From: Primorskyibacter aestuariivivens
GTDB taxonomy: Bacteria; Pseudomonadota; Alphaproteobacteria; Rhodobacterales; Rhodobacteraceae
Length of the DNA: 64,000 nt
Assembly: GCF_028023675.1 (NCBI RefSeq)
Contig: NZ_JAQIOZ010000005.1
Coordinates: forward strand, 124,282-188,281
Direction of reading: 5' to 3'
The notes under the pieces were generated by a model, which was not told where the DNA came from, ran no database searches, and saw only the letters and a program-made list of their open reading frames with translations. Position 1 is the stretch's first letter, and each line of letters opens with the position of its first letter. Below are positions 1-10,158 of the stretch, in pieces. The position numbers were made by a program, and so were the translations under genes.

Positions 1-542
1 TCGCGCAGCGCCTCGCGCACCAAAACAAGATTGAGCACGCCCAGCAGCGCAAAGACCGTCAAAGGCGAAAACCCGGCTTCGCGCAACAGCCCGACCAAAA
101 GCGCCGACAGCCCATAGGCCAGCGAGAACAGCCCATGGGCAAAATTCATCAGCGGTCGACGGCGCCGCGCCTCGACCGAAGAGACCCGCGCATTCATCAC
201 CACATCGAGCGTGCCGGCACTGCATGTGCAGCACAACATGCCCAGCGTGAACGCCACCGGCGCCCCCGCAAGTGACGGCACCACAAAGGCAAATCCCAGC
301 ACCAGCGCCAGTACCGGCAGGGTCCACCGCCCCAGCCAGCCATCCATGCGCGGCGCTGTCCACATCGCACCAACCGCGCCAAAAGACGCCACCAGCAGCG
401 ACAACCCAAACACCCCGTCCGACGCCCCGATCTGTGCCTTGATCACCGGCACCTGCGCGGCAAAAGCCCCCCAGACCATGCCAATCGTGGCAAAACAGGC
501 CAGCGGCGCACGTGCGGCGCGGATATCGTCACTGGAAATCAT
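1..542 (-). CDS. MFS transporter, N-terminal portion (gene continues beyond window start)
   Basis: Reverse-strand translation from ATG (rc of ~540-542; alternative ATG ~627-629) gives an uninterrupted hydrophobic multi-helix protein (..MISSDDIRAARAPLACFATIGMVWGAFAAQ..FSLAYGLSALLVGLL..) with no stop before position 1. Absent from the ORF track only because it has no in-window stop. Confidence 0.45.
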   Translation of the reverse strand, partial: MISSDDIRAARAPLACFATIGMVWGAFAAQVPVIKAQIGASDGVFGLSLLVASFGAVGAMWTAPRMDGWLGRWTLPVLALVLGFAFVVPSLAGAPVAFTLGMLCCTCSAGTLDVVMNARVSSVEARRRRPLMNFAHGLFSLAYGLSALLVGLLREAGFSPLTVFALLGVLNLVLVREALR

Positions 543-702
543 CGCCAAGCCGTGCCACGACGCCCGCGCGTTGGCAATCGACAAAAGCCGTACAGGGGCG
601 CGCAGAAAGGCTCTTTCAAATCGACACATTCCGGTCTATACGCGCGGCTTCACGCGGGGATACAGCCTTGGAGGGTCCCCGCCTTAGCTTAGGAGAACAG
701 AC

Positions 703-1353
703 ATGGCTGGTGAGATCCCAGATCTTAACGCCCAGGAACGCACGGGGACAGGCAAGGGCGCCGCTCGTCAGGCGCGTCGCGCCGGTATGGTTCCGGGCAT
801 CGTTTTTGGTGGCGACGTTGACCCGCTTCCGATCCAGATCCCGTTCAATGAACTGCTGAAGAAACTGAAAGCAGGCCGCTTCAAGTCGACCCTGTTCAAC
901 CTCAAGGTCGACGGTCATGACGATGTGCGCGTGATCTGCCGCGATGTGCAGCGCGACGTGGTCAAGGACCTGCCGACGCATCTGGACCTGATGCGCCTGC
1001 GCCGCACCACCAAGATCAACCTCTTCATCCCGGTTGAGTTCATCAACGAAGAAGAGGCCCCCGGCATCAAGAAAGGCGGCGTTCTGACCGCAGTTCGCCC
1101 CGAGGTGGAACTGGTTGTAACTGCGGGTGACATCCCGGAAAAGCTGACCGTCGACCTGTCGGGTCTGGATATCGGCGACACCGTGACGATCACCGACATC
1201 ACGCTGCCCACAGGCACCAAGCCGACCATCGACCGCGACTTCGTGATCGCCAACATCTCGGCACCGTCCGGCCTCAAGGCTGCGGAAGACGAGGATGAGG
1301 GCGAAGAGGCGGCCGCCGATGAGGTCCCGGCCACCGAGCAAGCCGAAGATTGA
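703..1353 (+). CDS. rplY: 50S ribosomal protein L25 / general stress protein Ctc
   Basis: 216 aa; L25/Ctc fold with acidic C-terminal tail; classic rplY-pth arrangement with the next gene. Confidence 0.9.
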   Translation: MAGEIPDLNAQERTGTGKGAARQARRAGMVPGIVFGGDVDPLPIQIPFNELLKKLKAGRFKSTLFNLKVDGHDDVRVICRDVQRDVVKDLPTHLDLMRLRRTTKINLFIPVEFINEEEAPGIKKGGVLTAVRPEVELVVTAGDIPEKLTVDLSGLDIGDTVTITDITLPTGTKPTIDRDFVIANISAPSGLKAAEDEDEGEEAAADEVPATEQAED

Positions 1354-1379
1354 TTTTCGCGCAACGCTGAAATCTCAAA

Positions 1380-1407
1380 GCCCCGGGATACCCTCCCGGG
1401 GCTTTTT
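1380..1407 (+). terminator. Rho-independent terminator/attenuator hairpin between rplY and pth
   Basis: GCCCCGGG-loop-CCCGGGGC stem followed by TTTTT, 27 nt after the rplY stop. Confidence 0.5.
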
Positions 1408-1468
1408 GCATTGAAGCGTTGGCCCGATCCAAGGCACAAAGACGCTGAATTGGAAATGGGAGCGCGCC

Positions 1469-2152
1469 ATGCAGATCTTTGTCGGCCTCGGCAATCCGGG
1501 CAGCAAATACGCCCGCAACCGGCACAATATCGGCTTTATGGCGCTCGACCGCATTGCCGAGGATCACGGGTTTTCCCCGTGGAAATCCAAATTTCAGGGC
1601 AAGATCGCCGAGGGCATGCTTGGGCGCGAAAAGGTGCTGCTTCTGAAACCCGAAACCTTCATGAACCGCTCCGGCCAATCAGTCGGTGACGCCATGCGCT
1701 TTTACAAGCTGGAGCCGGACGACATCACCGTCTTTCACGACGAACTGGACCTTGCCCCCGGCAAGTGCCGCGTGAAACAGGGTGGCGGTCATGCGGGCCA
1801 TAACGGGCTGCGCTCGATCCATGGGCATATCGGCGAGGCCTATCAGCGCGTGCGCCTTGGCATCGGCCATCCGGGCCACAAGGATGCCGTGTCGGGCTAT
1901 GTGCTGCATGATTTCCCGCGCGCGGATGAGGACTGGCTAGGGCCTCTGATGGACGGGATCGCCAATGGCGCGGCGGATCTGGCCGCGGGTGACAGCGGCA
2001 AATTCCTCAATGCCGTGGCGCTCAAGGTCGCGCCGCCGCGCAGCTCGACCACGGCCAAGGCAAATCCGGCGACCAAAGCCACAGACAGCCCCCCACCCCC
2101 GCAAGAGGACACGCGCAGCCCGATGCAGAAACTCATGGACAAGTTTCGCTGA
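1469..2152 (+). CDS. pth: peptidyl-tRNA hydrolase
   Basis: [18 protein letters not shown].. Pth signature; immediately downstream of rplY. Confidence 0.9.
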   Translation: MQIFVGLGNPGSKYARNRHNIGFMALDRIAEDHGFSPWKSKFQGKIAEGMLGREKVLLLKPETFMNRSGQSVGDAMRFYKLEPDDITVFHDELDLAPGKCRVKQGGGHAGHNGLRSIHGHIGEAYQRVRLGIGHPGHKDAVSGYVLHDFPRADEDWLGPLMDGIANGAADLAAGDSGKFLNAVALKVAPPRSSTTAKANPATKATDSPPPPQEDTRSPMQKLMDKFR

Positions 2153-3321
2153 TGCCTGGCTGGATCAAATGGAGTTTGCGCGTCACGTTGGTACTGGGAC
2201 TGGCCATTGCCGCCGTGGCCTTTGTCAAACGCGAGGAAATCACCCGCCTGCTCGCCGTCAACACGCTGTTTGACGCTGACCGGATCGTTGCCAATTTCTC
2301 CAACATGGACCGGCTGTTCCTGCACCGCCCCGTGCCGCGCGGGAACGGGCGGGTCAGCGCCCTGCCCCACGGGCCAGAGATGGCTTTGCCCGACGGCACC
2401 ATGGGGTGGATCAAGACGCGCGCGGTCACCGCACTGGTGGTCTTGCACAACGGGCAGATTGTGCATGAAAGCTACTACCAAGGCACCACTGCCGAGGACC
2501 GGCGCATCTCGTGGTCGATGGCCAAGAGCTACCTGTCCATGCTCTTTGGGCTCGTTCTGGCAGATGGCGACATCGCCGCGCTGGACGATCCAGTCACGAA
2601 ATACGCCCCGGCGCTCAAAGGCGGGGCCTATGACGGGGCCTCGATCCTCAATGTGCTGCAGATGACCAGCGGTGTGGAATTCGACGAGGACTATCTCGAC
2701 TACAATTCCGATATCAACCGCATGGGCCGGGTGCTGGCGCTGGGGGGCACGATGGACGGGTTCGCCGCCGGGTTGACCGAGACCGAGGCCACCCCGGGCG
2801 GGAACTGGGCTTATACCTCGATTGACACCCATGTGCTGGGCATGGTGATCCGGGGCGCGACCGGGCGGGATATCGCGGACCTGCTCTCCGAGCGCATCAT
2901 CAAGCCCATGGGGCTTGAGGCCGAGCCCTACTATCTCACCGATGGCGAAGGCGTGGCCTTTGTGCTGGGCGGTCTGAACCTGACCACGCGGGATTATGCG
3001 CGGATGGGGCTGATGGTGGCACAGGACGGCCGCCTGAACGGGCAACAGATCGTGCCCGCCGACTGGATCGCCGCCTCCACTGCGCCCAGCGCCCCCACGA
3101 AACCCGGCAAGCTGGGCTATGGCTATCAATGGTGGATCCCCAAAGGCGCGTCAGAGGGCGAGGTCATGGCGCGTGGCATCTATGGCCAATATGTCTATAT
3201 CGACCGCGCCCGCGACGTGGTGATCGCTGTGAATGCCGCCGACCGGCAGTTCCGCGATGACGGGGTGGATGATCAAAATGTTGAGATGTTCCGCAGGATC
3301 GCTACATCTTTAAAAAACTGA
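2152..3321 (+). CDS. serine hydrolase, beta-lactamase/PBP family, membrane-anchored
   Basis: N-terminal TM helix; S-x-x-K motif SWSMAKS; overall class-C beta-lactamase-like length and composition. Confidence 0.8.
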   Translation: MPGWIKWSLRVTLVLGLAIAAVAFVKREEITRLLAVNTLFDADRIVANFSNMDRLFLHRPVPRGNGRVSALPHGPEMALPDGTMGWIKTRAVTALVVLHNGQIVHESYYQGTTAEDRRISWSMAKSYLSMLFGLVLADGDIAALDDPVTKYAPALKGGAYDGASILNVLQMTSGVEFDEDYLDYNSDINRMGRVLALGGTMDGFAAGLTETEATPGGNWAYTSIDTHVLGMVIRGATGRDIADLLSERIIKPMGLEAEPYYLTDGEGVAFVLGGLNLTTRDYARMGLMVAQDGRLNGQQIVPADWIAASTAPSAPTKPGKLGYGYQWWIPKGASEGEVMARGIYGQYVYIDRARDVVIAVNAADRQFRDDGVDDQNVEMFRRIATSLKN

Positions 3322-3337
3322 TCACCGGAGACCGACC

Positions 3338-3712
3338 ATGGAAAAAGACCCGTCTGTGAATGTGCTGGGCGGCGCGCTTGCGCCCTGCTCCACCGATCCG
3401 CTCACCGGTTTTTTCCGTGACGGGCATTGCAACACCTGCGCGGCCGATCAGGGCAGCCACACAGTCTGCGCGGTGATGACGGCGGAATTCCTCGCCTATT
3501 CGAAATATGTCGGCAATGACCTCTCGACACCTCGGCCCGAGTTCCAGTTCCCCGGGCTGAAACCCGGCGATCACTGGTGCCTCTGCGCCGCGCGCTTCCT
3601 GCAGGCCCATGACGAAGGCTGCGCGCCGCGGGTTGATCTCGGGGCCACGCACAAAGCCGCGCTAGACATCGTCCCGCTGGAGGTTCTGAAGCAGAACGCC
3701 CACACGACCTAG
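3338..3712 (+). CDS. DUF2237 family protein
   Basis: 124 aa; conserved GFFRDGHC..VCAVMT..LSTPRPEF.FPGLKPGD.WCLCA pattern typical of DUF2237. Confidence 0.7.
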   Translation: MEKDPSVNVLGGALAPCSTDPLTGFFRDGHCNTCAADQGSHTVCAVMTAEFLAYSKYVGNDLSTPRPEFQFPGLKPGDHWCLCAARFLQAHDEGCAPRVDLGATHKAALDIVPLEVLKQNAHTT

Positions 3713-3924
3713 AGCGTGTCGGAGGAGCGCAAAACCGGTTCCCACTTTTGCGCGACATGCTTTAGCGCAACCCGGTCCTTCTTTGGCTCTGAAATATCCC
3801 CGCCGGAGGCAAGAAAGTTGCGACGCGCCACATCGCCGCAAAACGCCTCGCCGCATCGATGCGCGCCCAGCTACACGAAATCTTCACAAGATTTCGGTCC
3901 GATTTATTCAAAATAAATCGTTGC

Positions 3925-5814
3925 CTACTCCGCCCATTCCCAGGGACGTGTATAGGCCCCCAGCACATGGGTCACATCCTCTTCCCGCGCGGTACCTGAC
4001 TTGGCGATCCGCGCCACAAGTCCGCGCTTCTTGTCGTCGATCACCTCGGCCACATAGGCATTGACCCCGCGCTCATCGAGCGCCGCGTTATAGACCCGGG
4101 TGATGGCGTGTTTGCGCAGGTCCGGCTTGAAAACCTTGCCAACGGCGGTTTTGGGCAGTTCATCAAGGATGGTCATATGCTTGGGATGGGCCGCGCGCTC
4201 ATGCACATGGACCTTGCAATGCTCCAGTAGCTCTTCCTCGGTTACCGAGCCGCCATCCACCAGTTCCACAAAGGCACAGGGCAATTCCCCCGAATGCGCA
4301 TCGGGCTGACCGATCGCCCCGGCAAAGGCCACCGCCGGATGGGCCAGCAGCGCCTCTTCAATATCCGCCGGGTCGATATTGTGGCCGCCGCGAATGATCA
4401 GGTCCTTGGCCCGTCCGGTGATCCACAGATAGCCGTCGCTGTCCACGCGCCCAAGATCGCCGGTGCGCAGGTAGCGGTCATGGTAGAACAGATCGCGGTT
4501 TTTCTCGGCTTCGGTATAGGTATTGCCCGCGTAGACGCCGGGATTGGCGACACAGATCTCGCCCACCTCGTCCACGGCGCATTCTTCGGCCCCGTTGCCC
4601 GCCTGCTTGATGATCTTCACATCGGTATAGGGGAAGGGGATGCCGATGGAACCCACCTTTTTCTGCCCCTCAATCGGGTTGCAGGACACAAGACAGGTCG
4701 CCTCGGTCAGGCCATAGCCCTCAACGATCTGCACGCCCGACGCCGCCTCGAACCGTTTGAACAGCTCCAGCGGCAGGGGGGCAGAGCCGGAAAACGCGTT
4801 TTTCACGGTCGAGATATCCGCATCCACCTTGCGCTGCATCAGCGCGGAAATTGCGGTGGGCACGGTGATGATGAACGAGATTTTCCAGCGCTCGATCAGT
4901 TTCCAGAAATTGTCGAATACCCCCTCGCCGCGATAACCTGCGGGCGTGGGGAACACCACATGCGCGCCGGAACTCAGCGCCGCCATCAGGATCACGTGGC
5001 AGGCAAAGACATGGAACAGCGGCAGCGGACAGATGATATTGTCCTCTTCGGTGAACAGCAGCGTATCGCCCAGCCAGCCATTATAGATCATGCCGGAATA
5101 GAGATGCTGCGCCACCTTGGGCATGCCGGTGGTGCCGCCGGTGTGGAAATAGGCCCCGACCCGGTCCTCCTGCGCATCCTCGAAATCCAGCGTGGTGTTG
5201 TGCTTTTTCAACTCGGAATGGAAGCTTTTCACATCCGCATGATGGTTGCCCGGGTTCTTCGGGCGAATGAGCGGCACAATCCAGCTTTTAGGCGGGGTCA
5301 GATAGCGGTTGAGGTCGATCTCGAGCACCGTGTGCACAGGCGGCGCATGGCGCACGGCCTCGGCCACTTTCTGGGCGATGTCGGTCTTGGGGAACGCCTT
5401 GAGCGTGACAACAACCTTGGCGTTGGTCTCGCGCAGGATGGCACCGATCTGTTCAGCTTCCAACAGCGGGTTGATCGGGTTCACGATCCCGGCCATCGCG
5501 CCGCCCAAAAGCGTGACGACCGTCTCGTTACAGTTGGGCAGGATATAGGCCACCACATCCGTGGGTCCGATCTTGAGCGAACGGAACAGGTTGGCCGCCT
5601 GACAGGATTTTTCGTGCAACTCCCGCCAGCTCAGCGTCTCGGCCTTGTCCGTCGGGCCCGAGGTGATCTGGTAGCTGATCGCGGGCCGGTCCGGGAAACG
5701 TCCGGCGGTGCGCGCCAGCATGCCATGCAGCGTGACCGGAACGTCGCGCGCCTCCCAAGGCATTTCGTTTTCAATGGCATTGCGGTCTTCCATGGACGCA
5801 AAACTCATGAACAT
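3925..5814 (-). CDS. AMP-dependent acyl-CoA synthetase/ligase
   Basis: 629 aa; AMP-binding motif YFHTGGTTGMPK; adenylate-forming enzyme architecture. Confidence 0.85.
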   Translation of the reverse strand: MFMSFASMEDRNAIENEMPWEARDVPVTLHGMLARTAGRFPDRPAISYQITSGPTDKAETLSWRELHEKSCQAANLFRSLKIGPTDVVAYILPNCNETVVTLLGGAMAGIVNPINPLLEAEQIGAILRETNAKVVVTLKAFPKTDIAQKVAEAVRHAPPVHTVLEIDLNRYLTPPKSWIVPLIRPKNPGNHHADVKSFHSELKKHNTTLDFEDAQEDRVGAYFHTGGTTGMPKVAQHLYSGMIYNGWLGDTLLFTEEDNIICPLPLFHVFACHVILMAALSSGAHVVFPTPAGYRGEGVFDNFWKLIERWKISFIITVPTAISALMQRKVDADISTVKNAFSGSAPLPLELFKRFEAASGVQIVEGYGLTEATCLVSCNPIEGQKKVGSIGIPFPYTDVKIIKQAGNGAEECAVDEVGEICVANPGVYAGNTYTEAEKNRDLFYHDRYLRTGDLGRVDSDGYLWITGRAKDLIIRGGHNIDPADIEEALLAHPAVAFAGAIGQPDAHSGELPCAFVELVDGGSVTEEELLEHCKVHVHERAAHPKHMTILDELPKTAVGKVFKPDLRKHAITRVYNAALDERGVNAYVAEVIDDKKRGLVARIAKSGTAREEDVTHVLGAYTRPWEWAE

Positions 5815-5942
5815 CTCCTCCCTGAGCCCGCTTTCCGGGGCCTTGCATTGCGCGACAGGATGCGTGGCTTTGCGCCACCGCGCAAGAGTGACGCAGGGAG
5901 AGAGCGCAATAAGACGCCGCGTCGCAAAACGCGGGCCCGGAA

Positions 5943-7736
5943 TTACTCTGCTGCGATCCCGTCGGTGAACTGCAACCGTGCCAGCCGCGCATAGAGCCCG
6001 CCCTGCGCCACCAATTCATCATGCGGCCCCATGGCAACGATGCGACCCTGATCCATCACAACGATACGGTCGGCCTTTTTCACCGTAGCCAGACGATGCG
6101 CGACGATGATCGTCGTGCGATCCTCGGCCAGCGCATCGACAGCCGCCTGCACCGCGCGTTCGCTTTCGGCATCCAGCGCGCTTGTCGCCTCGTCCAGCAG
6201 CAGGACCGGCGCATCCCGCAGGATGGCGCGGGCAATCGCAATGCGCTGTTTCTGCCCGCCCGAGAGCATCACGCCACGTTCGCCGAGGAAGCTGTCATAT
6301 CCATCGGGCAGCGCGGCGATGAACTCATGCGCGGCAGCGGCCCGCGCGGCAGCCTCAATTTCGGTGTCCGACGCATCGGGACGACCAAAGCGGATATTGT
6401 CGCGCGCCGAAGCGGCAAAGATCATCGGGTCCTGCGGCACCAGCGCGATGGACTGGCGGAACACGTCCCGGCGCATGGCGGCGATATCCACCCCGTCCAG
6501 CGTGATCCGCCCCGAGGCCGGATCATAAAACCGCAGCAGCAGCTGGATGATCGTGGTCTTGCCTGCACCCGAAGGGCCGACCAGAGCCACGGTTTCACCC
6601 GGCGCAATATTCAGGCTCACCCCATCCAGCGCAGACACGTCCGGGCGCTGCGGATAAGCAAATTCCACATCTTCAAACGCGATTGCCCCGGTCACATTCG
6701 CAGGCAACGGCAATGGTTCGACGGGATCGGTCACCGCGTCCTCGGCATGGAGCAGTTCCACCAGCCGCTCGGTCGCACCCGCCGCGCGCTGCAGCTCGCC
6801 AAAGATTTCGGACAGCGCGGCGACAGAGCCCGCCACCATGACCGCGTAGATCACGAACTGCACCAATGTCCCGGCGCTCATCTCGCCCGCGCGCACATCC
6901 CGCGCGCCGATCCAGAGCACGCCCACGACACCGGTGAAGACCAGCAGGATCACGATGGCCGTCATCACCGCCCGCGTGGTGATCCGCTTCTTGGCGGCAA
7001 CCAGCGATTTGTCCGTTACCTCGCCAAAGGCGCGGCGGGTCAGCAGCTCATGAGTAAAGGCCTGCACCGTCTGCACCGCGCCCAGGCTTTCGGAGGCGTT
7101 GCCCGACGACGCCGCGATCCAGTCCTGATTCTCCCGGCTCAGCACCCGCAAACGCCGCCCCAGCGTCATGATCGGAATGATAACCGCAGGCACGATCAGC
7201 AGGACCAGCCCCGTCAGCTTGGGTGACGTGGCCAGCATCAGCACCATGCCACCCAGGAAAATCAATAGGTTACGCAGCGCGATGGAGATGGAAGAGCCGA
7301 TCACCGAGAGGATCAGCGTGGTGTCGGTGGTGATCCGGCTCACCACCTCGCCGGTCATGATTTTCTCGTAGAATGCGGGCGACAGACCCAGCACCCGGTC
7401 AAACACCGCCTTGCGGATATCGGTGACCACCTGTTCGCCCAGCCGCGTGACCAGCGCGTAACGCAGCGCCGTACCAATCGCCAGAAGCCCGGCAATGACC
7501 AATGCGGCGGTAAAATAGAGATCCAGCAGCGCGCCATCGGAGGTGTTGAAATTATCCACCACGCGGCGCACCGCCAGCGGCAATGTCAGTGACACACAGG
7601 CCGTCAGAATGAGCGCCAGAACCGACGCCACCATCAGCCCCCGATAGGGCCGCAGGAACGGCCAGAGCGCGCGCAGCGATCCGATCTGTTTCGACTTTTC
7701 CCGCTCTTCCTGGGGTTTCCCAATTCCTCTGGGCAT
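5943..7736 (-). CDS. ABC exporter, fused permease/ATPase (MsbA-like)
   Basis: 597 aa; six N-terminal TM helices, Walker A GPSGAGKT, ABC signature LSGGQKQRIAIARA, Walker B LLLDEATSALD. Confidence 0.85.
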   Translation of the reverse strand: MPRGIGKPQEEREKSKQIGSLRALWPFLRPYRGLMVASVLALILTACVSLTLPLAVRRVVDNFNTSDGALLDLYFTAALVIAGLLAIGTALRYALVTRLGEQVVTDIRKAVFDRVLGLSPAFYEKIMTGEVVSRITTDTTLILSVIGSSISIALRNLLIFLGGMVLMLATSPKLTGLVLLIVPAVIIPIMTLGRRLRVLSRENQDWIAASSGNASESLGAVQTVQAFTHELLTRRAFGEVTDKSLVAAKKRITTRAVMTAIVILLVFTGVVGVLWIGARDVRAGEMSAGTLVQFVIYAVMVAGSVAALSEIFGELQRAAGATERLVELLHAEDAVTDPVEPLPLPANVTGAIAFEDVEFAYPQRPDVSALDGVSLNIAPGETVALVGPSGAGKTTIIQLLLRFYDPASGRITLDGVDIAAMRRDVFRQSIALVPQDPMIFAASARDNIRFGRPDASDTEIEAAARAAAAHEFIAALPDGYDSFLGERGVMLSGGQKQRIAIARAILRDAPVLLLDEATSALDAESERAVQAAVDALAEDRTTIIVAHRLATVKKADRIVVMDQGRIVAMGPHDELVAQGGLYARLARLQFTDGIAAE

Positions 7737-7805
7737 GCGCGTCTCCGTCTGTTCCGGAGTGGTTTACGGAAACCGGGCCTTGGGGGCAAGCGGCGTGCGG
7801 TCGCG

Positions 7806-9845
7806 TCAGTCTTTCGTCGGAGCCGGGATGTGCAGGACCTGAACCCGCGCCGAAGCGTCCTCGGGCCACGGGCGGTCCCCCATCAGCAACTGCCCGCCCC
7901 AGCGCAGCATCAAAAGACTACCGTCATCAAGCTCATAAATGGTCGGATCATAGGAGAAGCCCTTGAACTCGCCCAATAATGACCTCCAGTAGCACGTATC
8001 CTCGTCATGCCCGGGCAACGCCACGCGACCAAGGATATCATTTGTCTCATTCGACACCATCAACAGTTCCCCATTCGGGTGTGTCCGGGTCGCCGTGGTT
8101 ACATAGCTTGCGTCTTCGCCCAACCCAAACCAGACCGGCTGCCACTGATAGCGGAACGCGTCCGAACACAGCGGTGCCTCCGGAAGCACTCCCGGCAGGG
8201 TCCTCGCCCCCGTTGCGGTAAGGATCTGAGGCTCTCCGAAAGCGCCCTTCGTGCGTGAGACAGACGCAAGATGCGAGGCAAATAATTTCTGTCTCACTTC
8301 GGCCTGAAAGGGATTTCCGGCATAGGGCACAGTCCCGGTGATCCCGCCAGACGCGTCGCGGAATTCCACGGTCGAGACATTGCTGATATCCTCATAGTCC
8401 CACCGGGTCCCGCCATCCGTCTCCTTGACCTCGGTGACTTTGGTCGCAAGGTTCTTGACCAGAACCGCGGAATTGCCGTCCGGTCCTATCATCCCCAGAA
8501 TGAAACGGCGGCGCTCAAGGCCGTCTGCCTTGGTCCAGTCATCCGGAGCAACGGTATAGATTTCGCTCAATGCGCCAGTGTTGATATCCAGTTCAAACAA
8601 CCCCGCATCGGGTGCGCGCACATCCGGCGTTCCCCATTCCCGCTGGCTGGCAAACACCAGCAACCGACCATCGGGGGCGACGCGCGCATCCTGAACGACC
8701 ACGCGTTTCCAGCCCTTGTAGCCGCGCCTGCCCGTGGACCGCCCATCCGCGTCAAACAGCTGAAAGCCCTCATCCGATAAGACAACAAACCCATCTCGCA
8801 TCGCAACCGCCCGCCCGCCCTCGACCGCGATGGCCCAGCGCGGGGTCCCGTCGCGCTCCAGCGTTGCCAGCATATGTTGCGCAACCCCGCGGCGGCCGCT
8901 CTTGTCGCGCTTGTAATACATGAACGCATGCAGGTCCGGATGCCCGGCGACATAGCTCTGGGACATGAGGGAGACGATGTCATTGTCGGGAATATCGGTA
9001 AACCAGCCCGACCCGTCATAGGGCGCAGGCTCCTGCGCCACGGCGGGCACCACCTGATCGCTGCAGGCCCCGCTCAGACAGGTCTTGCCCAGCTTCTGGC
9101 GATAGACGGCCGGGATCTGCAGGTGATCGTCCTGCCGCGCGGCGCGCGCGGTCTGTTCCTGCGCCACGATCACCGCATCCTCCAGATACATGTCCGAGGT
9201 CAGCAGTGGCAGGAAATGCCGGGTAAAAACCGAATATCTCTGATCCGCCCCGTCCCCGCGCAGCCTGTCCAGCGCCGTCTGCCCCGCGCCTGCGGAATAG
9301 ATCACGAAAGAGCCCTGCATCGGCTCGATCCGGCTGAGCCCGCGCGTGCGCCCCACCGACCGTGTGCCCTTGCCCTCGAACGGGTTGTCGCGGCAGGCGT
9401 CGATGATGGCCAGGCTCAGCGCCGCGCCCTGCGCCTCGATATCGTCCAGCACGCCGTTGACCCCGTTCTGTAACGGCAGGGACCGCCGCGCCAGAAGCCG
9501 TTCAGACCCCTGTTTCGGCGCGTCCGTGGGAATCAGGTAATTGATCCCCTCCGCGCTCCAGCCATGGCCGGAAAAGACAAAGGCAACCTCGTCCCCCGGC
9601 TCGATCCCGTCCACAAATGAGATCACCGCCTCTTCCAGCGCCAACTCGTCCAGATCAGTGTGATACTGGACGGCGTATCCCAGCGCCTCGAACGCCGCGC
9701 GATAGCCTTGGGCATCGGGGATCGTGTTCTGCAACGGATCCAGTGAGGTATAGGCGGCGTTGCCAATCACAAGCGCCTGTTTCGCGGCGACAGCGGGAAG
9801 CGCAGAAAGGGCAATGAAAACGGCGGCAAATATATGAAATTTCAT
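7806..9845 (-). CDS. secreted caspase-domain (peptidase C14, orthocaspase) protein with large C-terminal beta-rich domain
   Basis: Signal peptide MKFHIFAAVFIALSALPAVAA. Caspase block ALVIGNAAY..FVFSGHG (His)..AIIDACRDNPF (Cys). The remaining ~480 aa are uncharacterised. The track ORF extends upstream to 10034 but that extension overlaps tRNA-Gly; start set at the ATG at 9845. Confidence 0.8.
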   Translation of the reverse strand: MKFHIFAAVFIALSALPAVAAKQALVIGNAAYTSLDPLQNTIPDAQGYRAAFEALGYAVQYHTDLDELALEEAVISFVDGIEPGDEVAFVFSGHGWSAEGINYLIPTDAPKQGSERLLARRSLPLQNGVNGVLDDIEAQGAALSLAIIDACRDNPFEGKGTRSVGRTRGLSRIEPMQGSFVIYSAGAGQTALDRLRGDGADQRYSVFTRHFLPLLTSDMYLEDAVIVAQEQTARAARQDDHLQIPAVYRQKLGKTCLSGACSDQVVPAVAQEPAPYDGSGWFTDIPDNDIVSLMSQSYVAGHPDLHAFMYYKRDKSGRRGVAQHMLATLERDGTPRWAIAVEGGRAVAMRDGFVVLSDEGFQLFDADGRSTGRRGYKGWKRVVVQDARVAPDGRLLVFASQREWGTPDVRAPDAGLFELDINTGALSEIYTVAPDDWTKADGLERRRFILGMIGPDGNSAVLVKNLATKVTEVKETDGGTRWDYEDISNVSTVEFRDASGGITGTVPYAGNPFQAEVRQKLFASHLASVSRTKGAFGEPQILTATGARTLPGVLPEAPLCSDAFRYQWQPVWFGLGEDASYVTTATRTHPNGELLMVSNETNDILGRVALPGHDEDTCYWRSLLGEFKGFSYDPTIYELDDGSLLMLRWGGQLLMGDRPWPEDASARVQVLHIPAPTKD

Positions 9846-9967
9846 ACGCCGAAATCTGACCCAGCGAACCGGGTTTGTCCAGATTATGCTCGGGACAAAC
9901 GCAAAGGTCATATCCGAGCCCAATGCCGCCGCAGGGATCGTTAACGGATCATTCGGTAAAGGAAATC

Positions 9968-10041
9968 TGGAGCGGGCGACGGGAATCGAACCCGTATCAT
10001 CAGCTTGGAAGGCTGAGGTCTTACCATTACACAACGCCCGC
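9968..10041 (-). tRNA. tRNA-Gly (anticodon TCC)
   Basis: rc reads GCGGGCG-TT-GTGTAATGGTAAGAC-..TCAGC-CTTCCAA-GCTGA..GGGTTCGATTCCC-GTCGCCCGC-T-CCA; cloverleaf with anticodon loop CU-UCC-AA. Confidence 0.85.
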
Positions 10042-10158
10042 TCGGCAGAAACGGGTGATAGGATATGGCGTTTTCGGGGTCAAGCACGTTCTCCCGAAGG
10101 GTTGGGCTTCTGCCATTCGTCGCCGGGTTTTCATCTCCGGGCGTACCGATCCACATGA

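Noticed and set aside
616-1341. 241-aa minus-strand ORF.
   Set aside because: Antisense to rplY; high-GC frame artefact.
1897-3129. 410-aa minus-strand ORF.
   Set aside because: Antisense to the serine hydrolase gene; Gly/Arg-rich low-complexity translation.
4294-7226. Long plus-strand ORFs 4294..5994 and 6021..7226.
   Set aside because: Antisense to the acyl-CoA synthetase and ABC transporter genes respectively; no motifs.
9846-10034. Upstream extension of the caspase ORF (track ORF 7806..10034).
   Set aside because: The extension runs through tRNA-Gly (9968-10041). A signal peptide begins at the internal ATG at 9845, so the 5' extension is non-coding.
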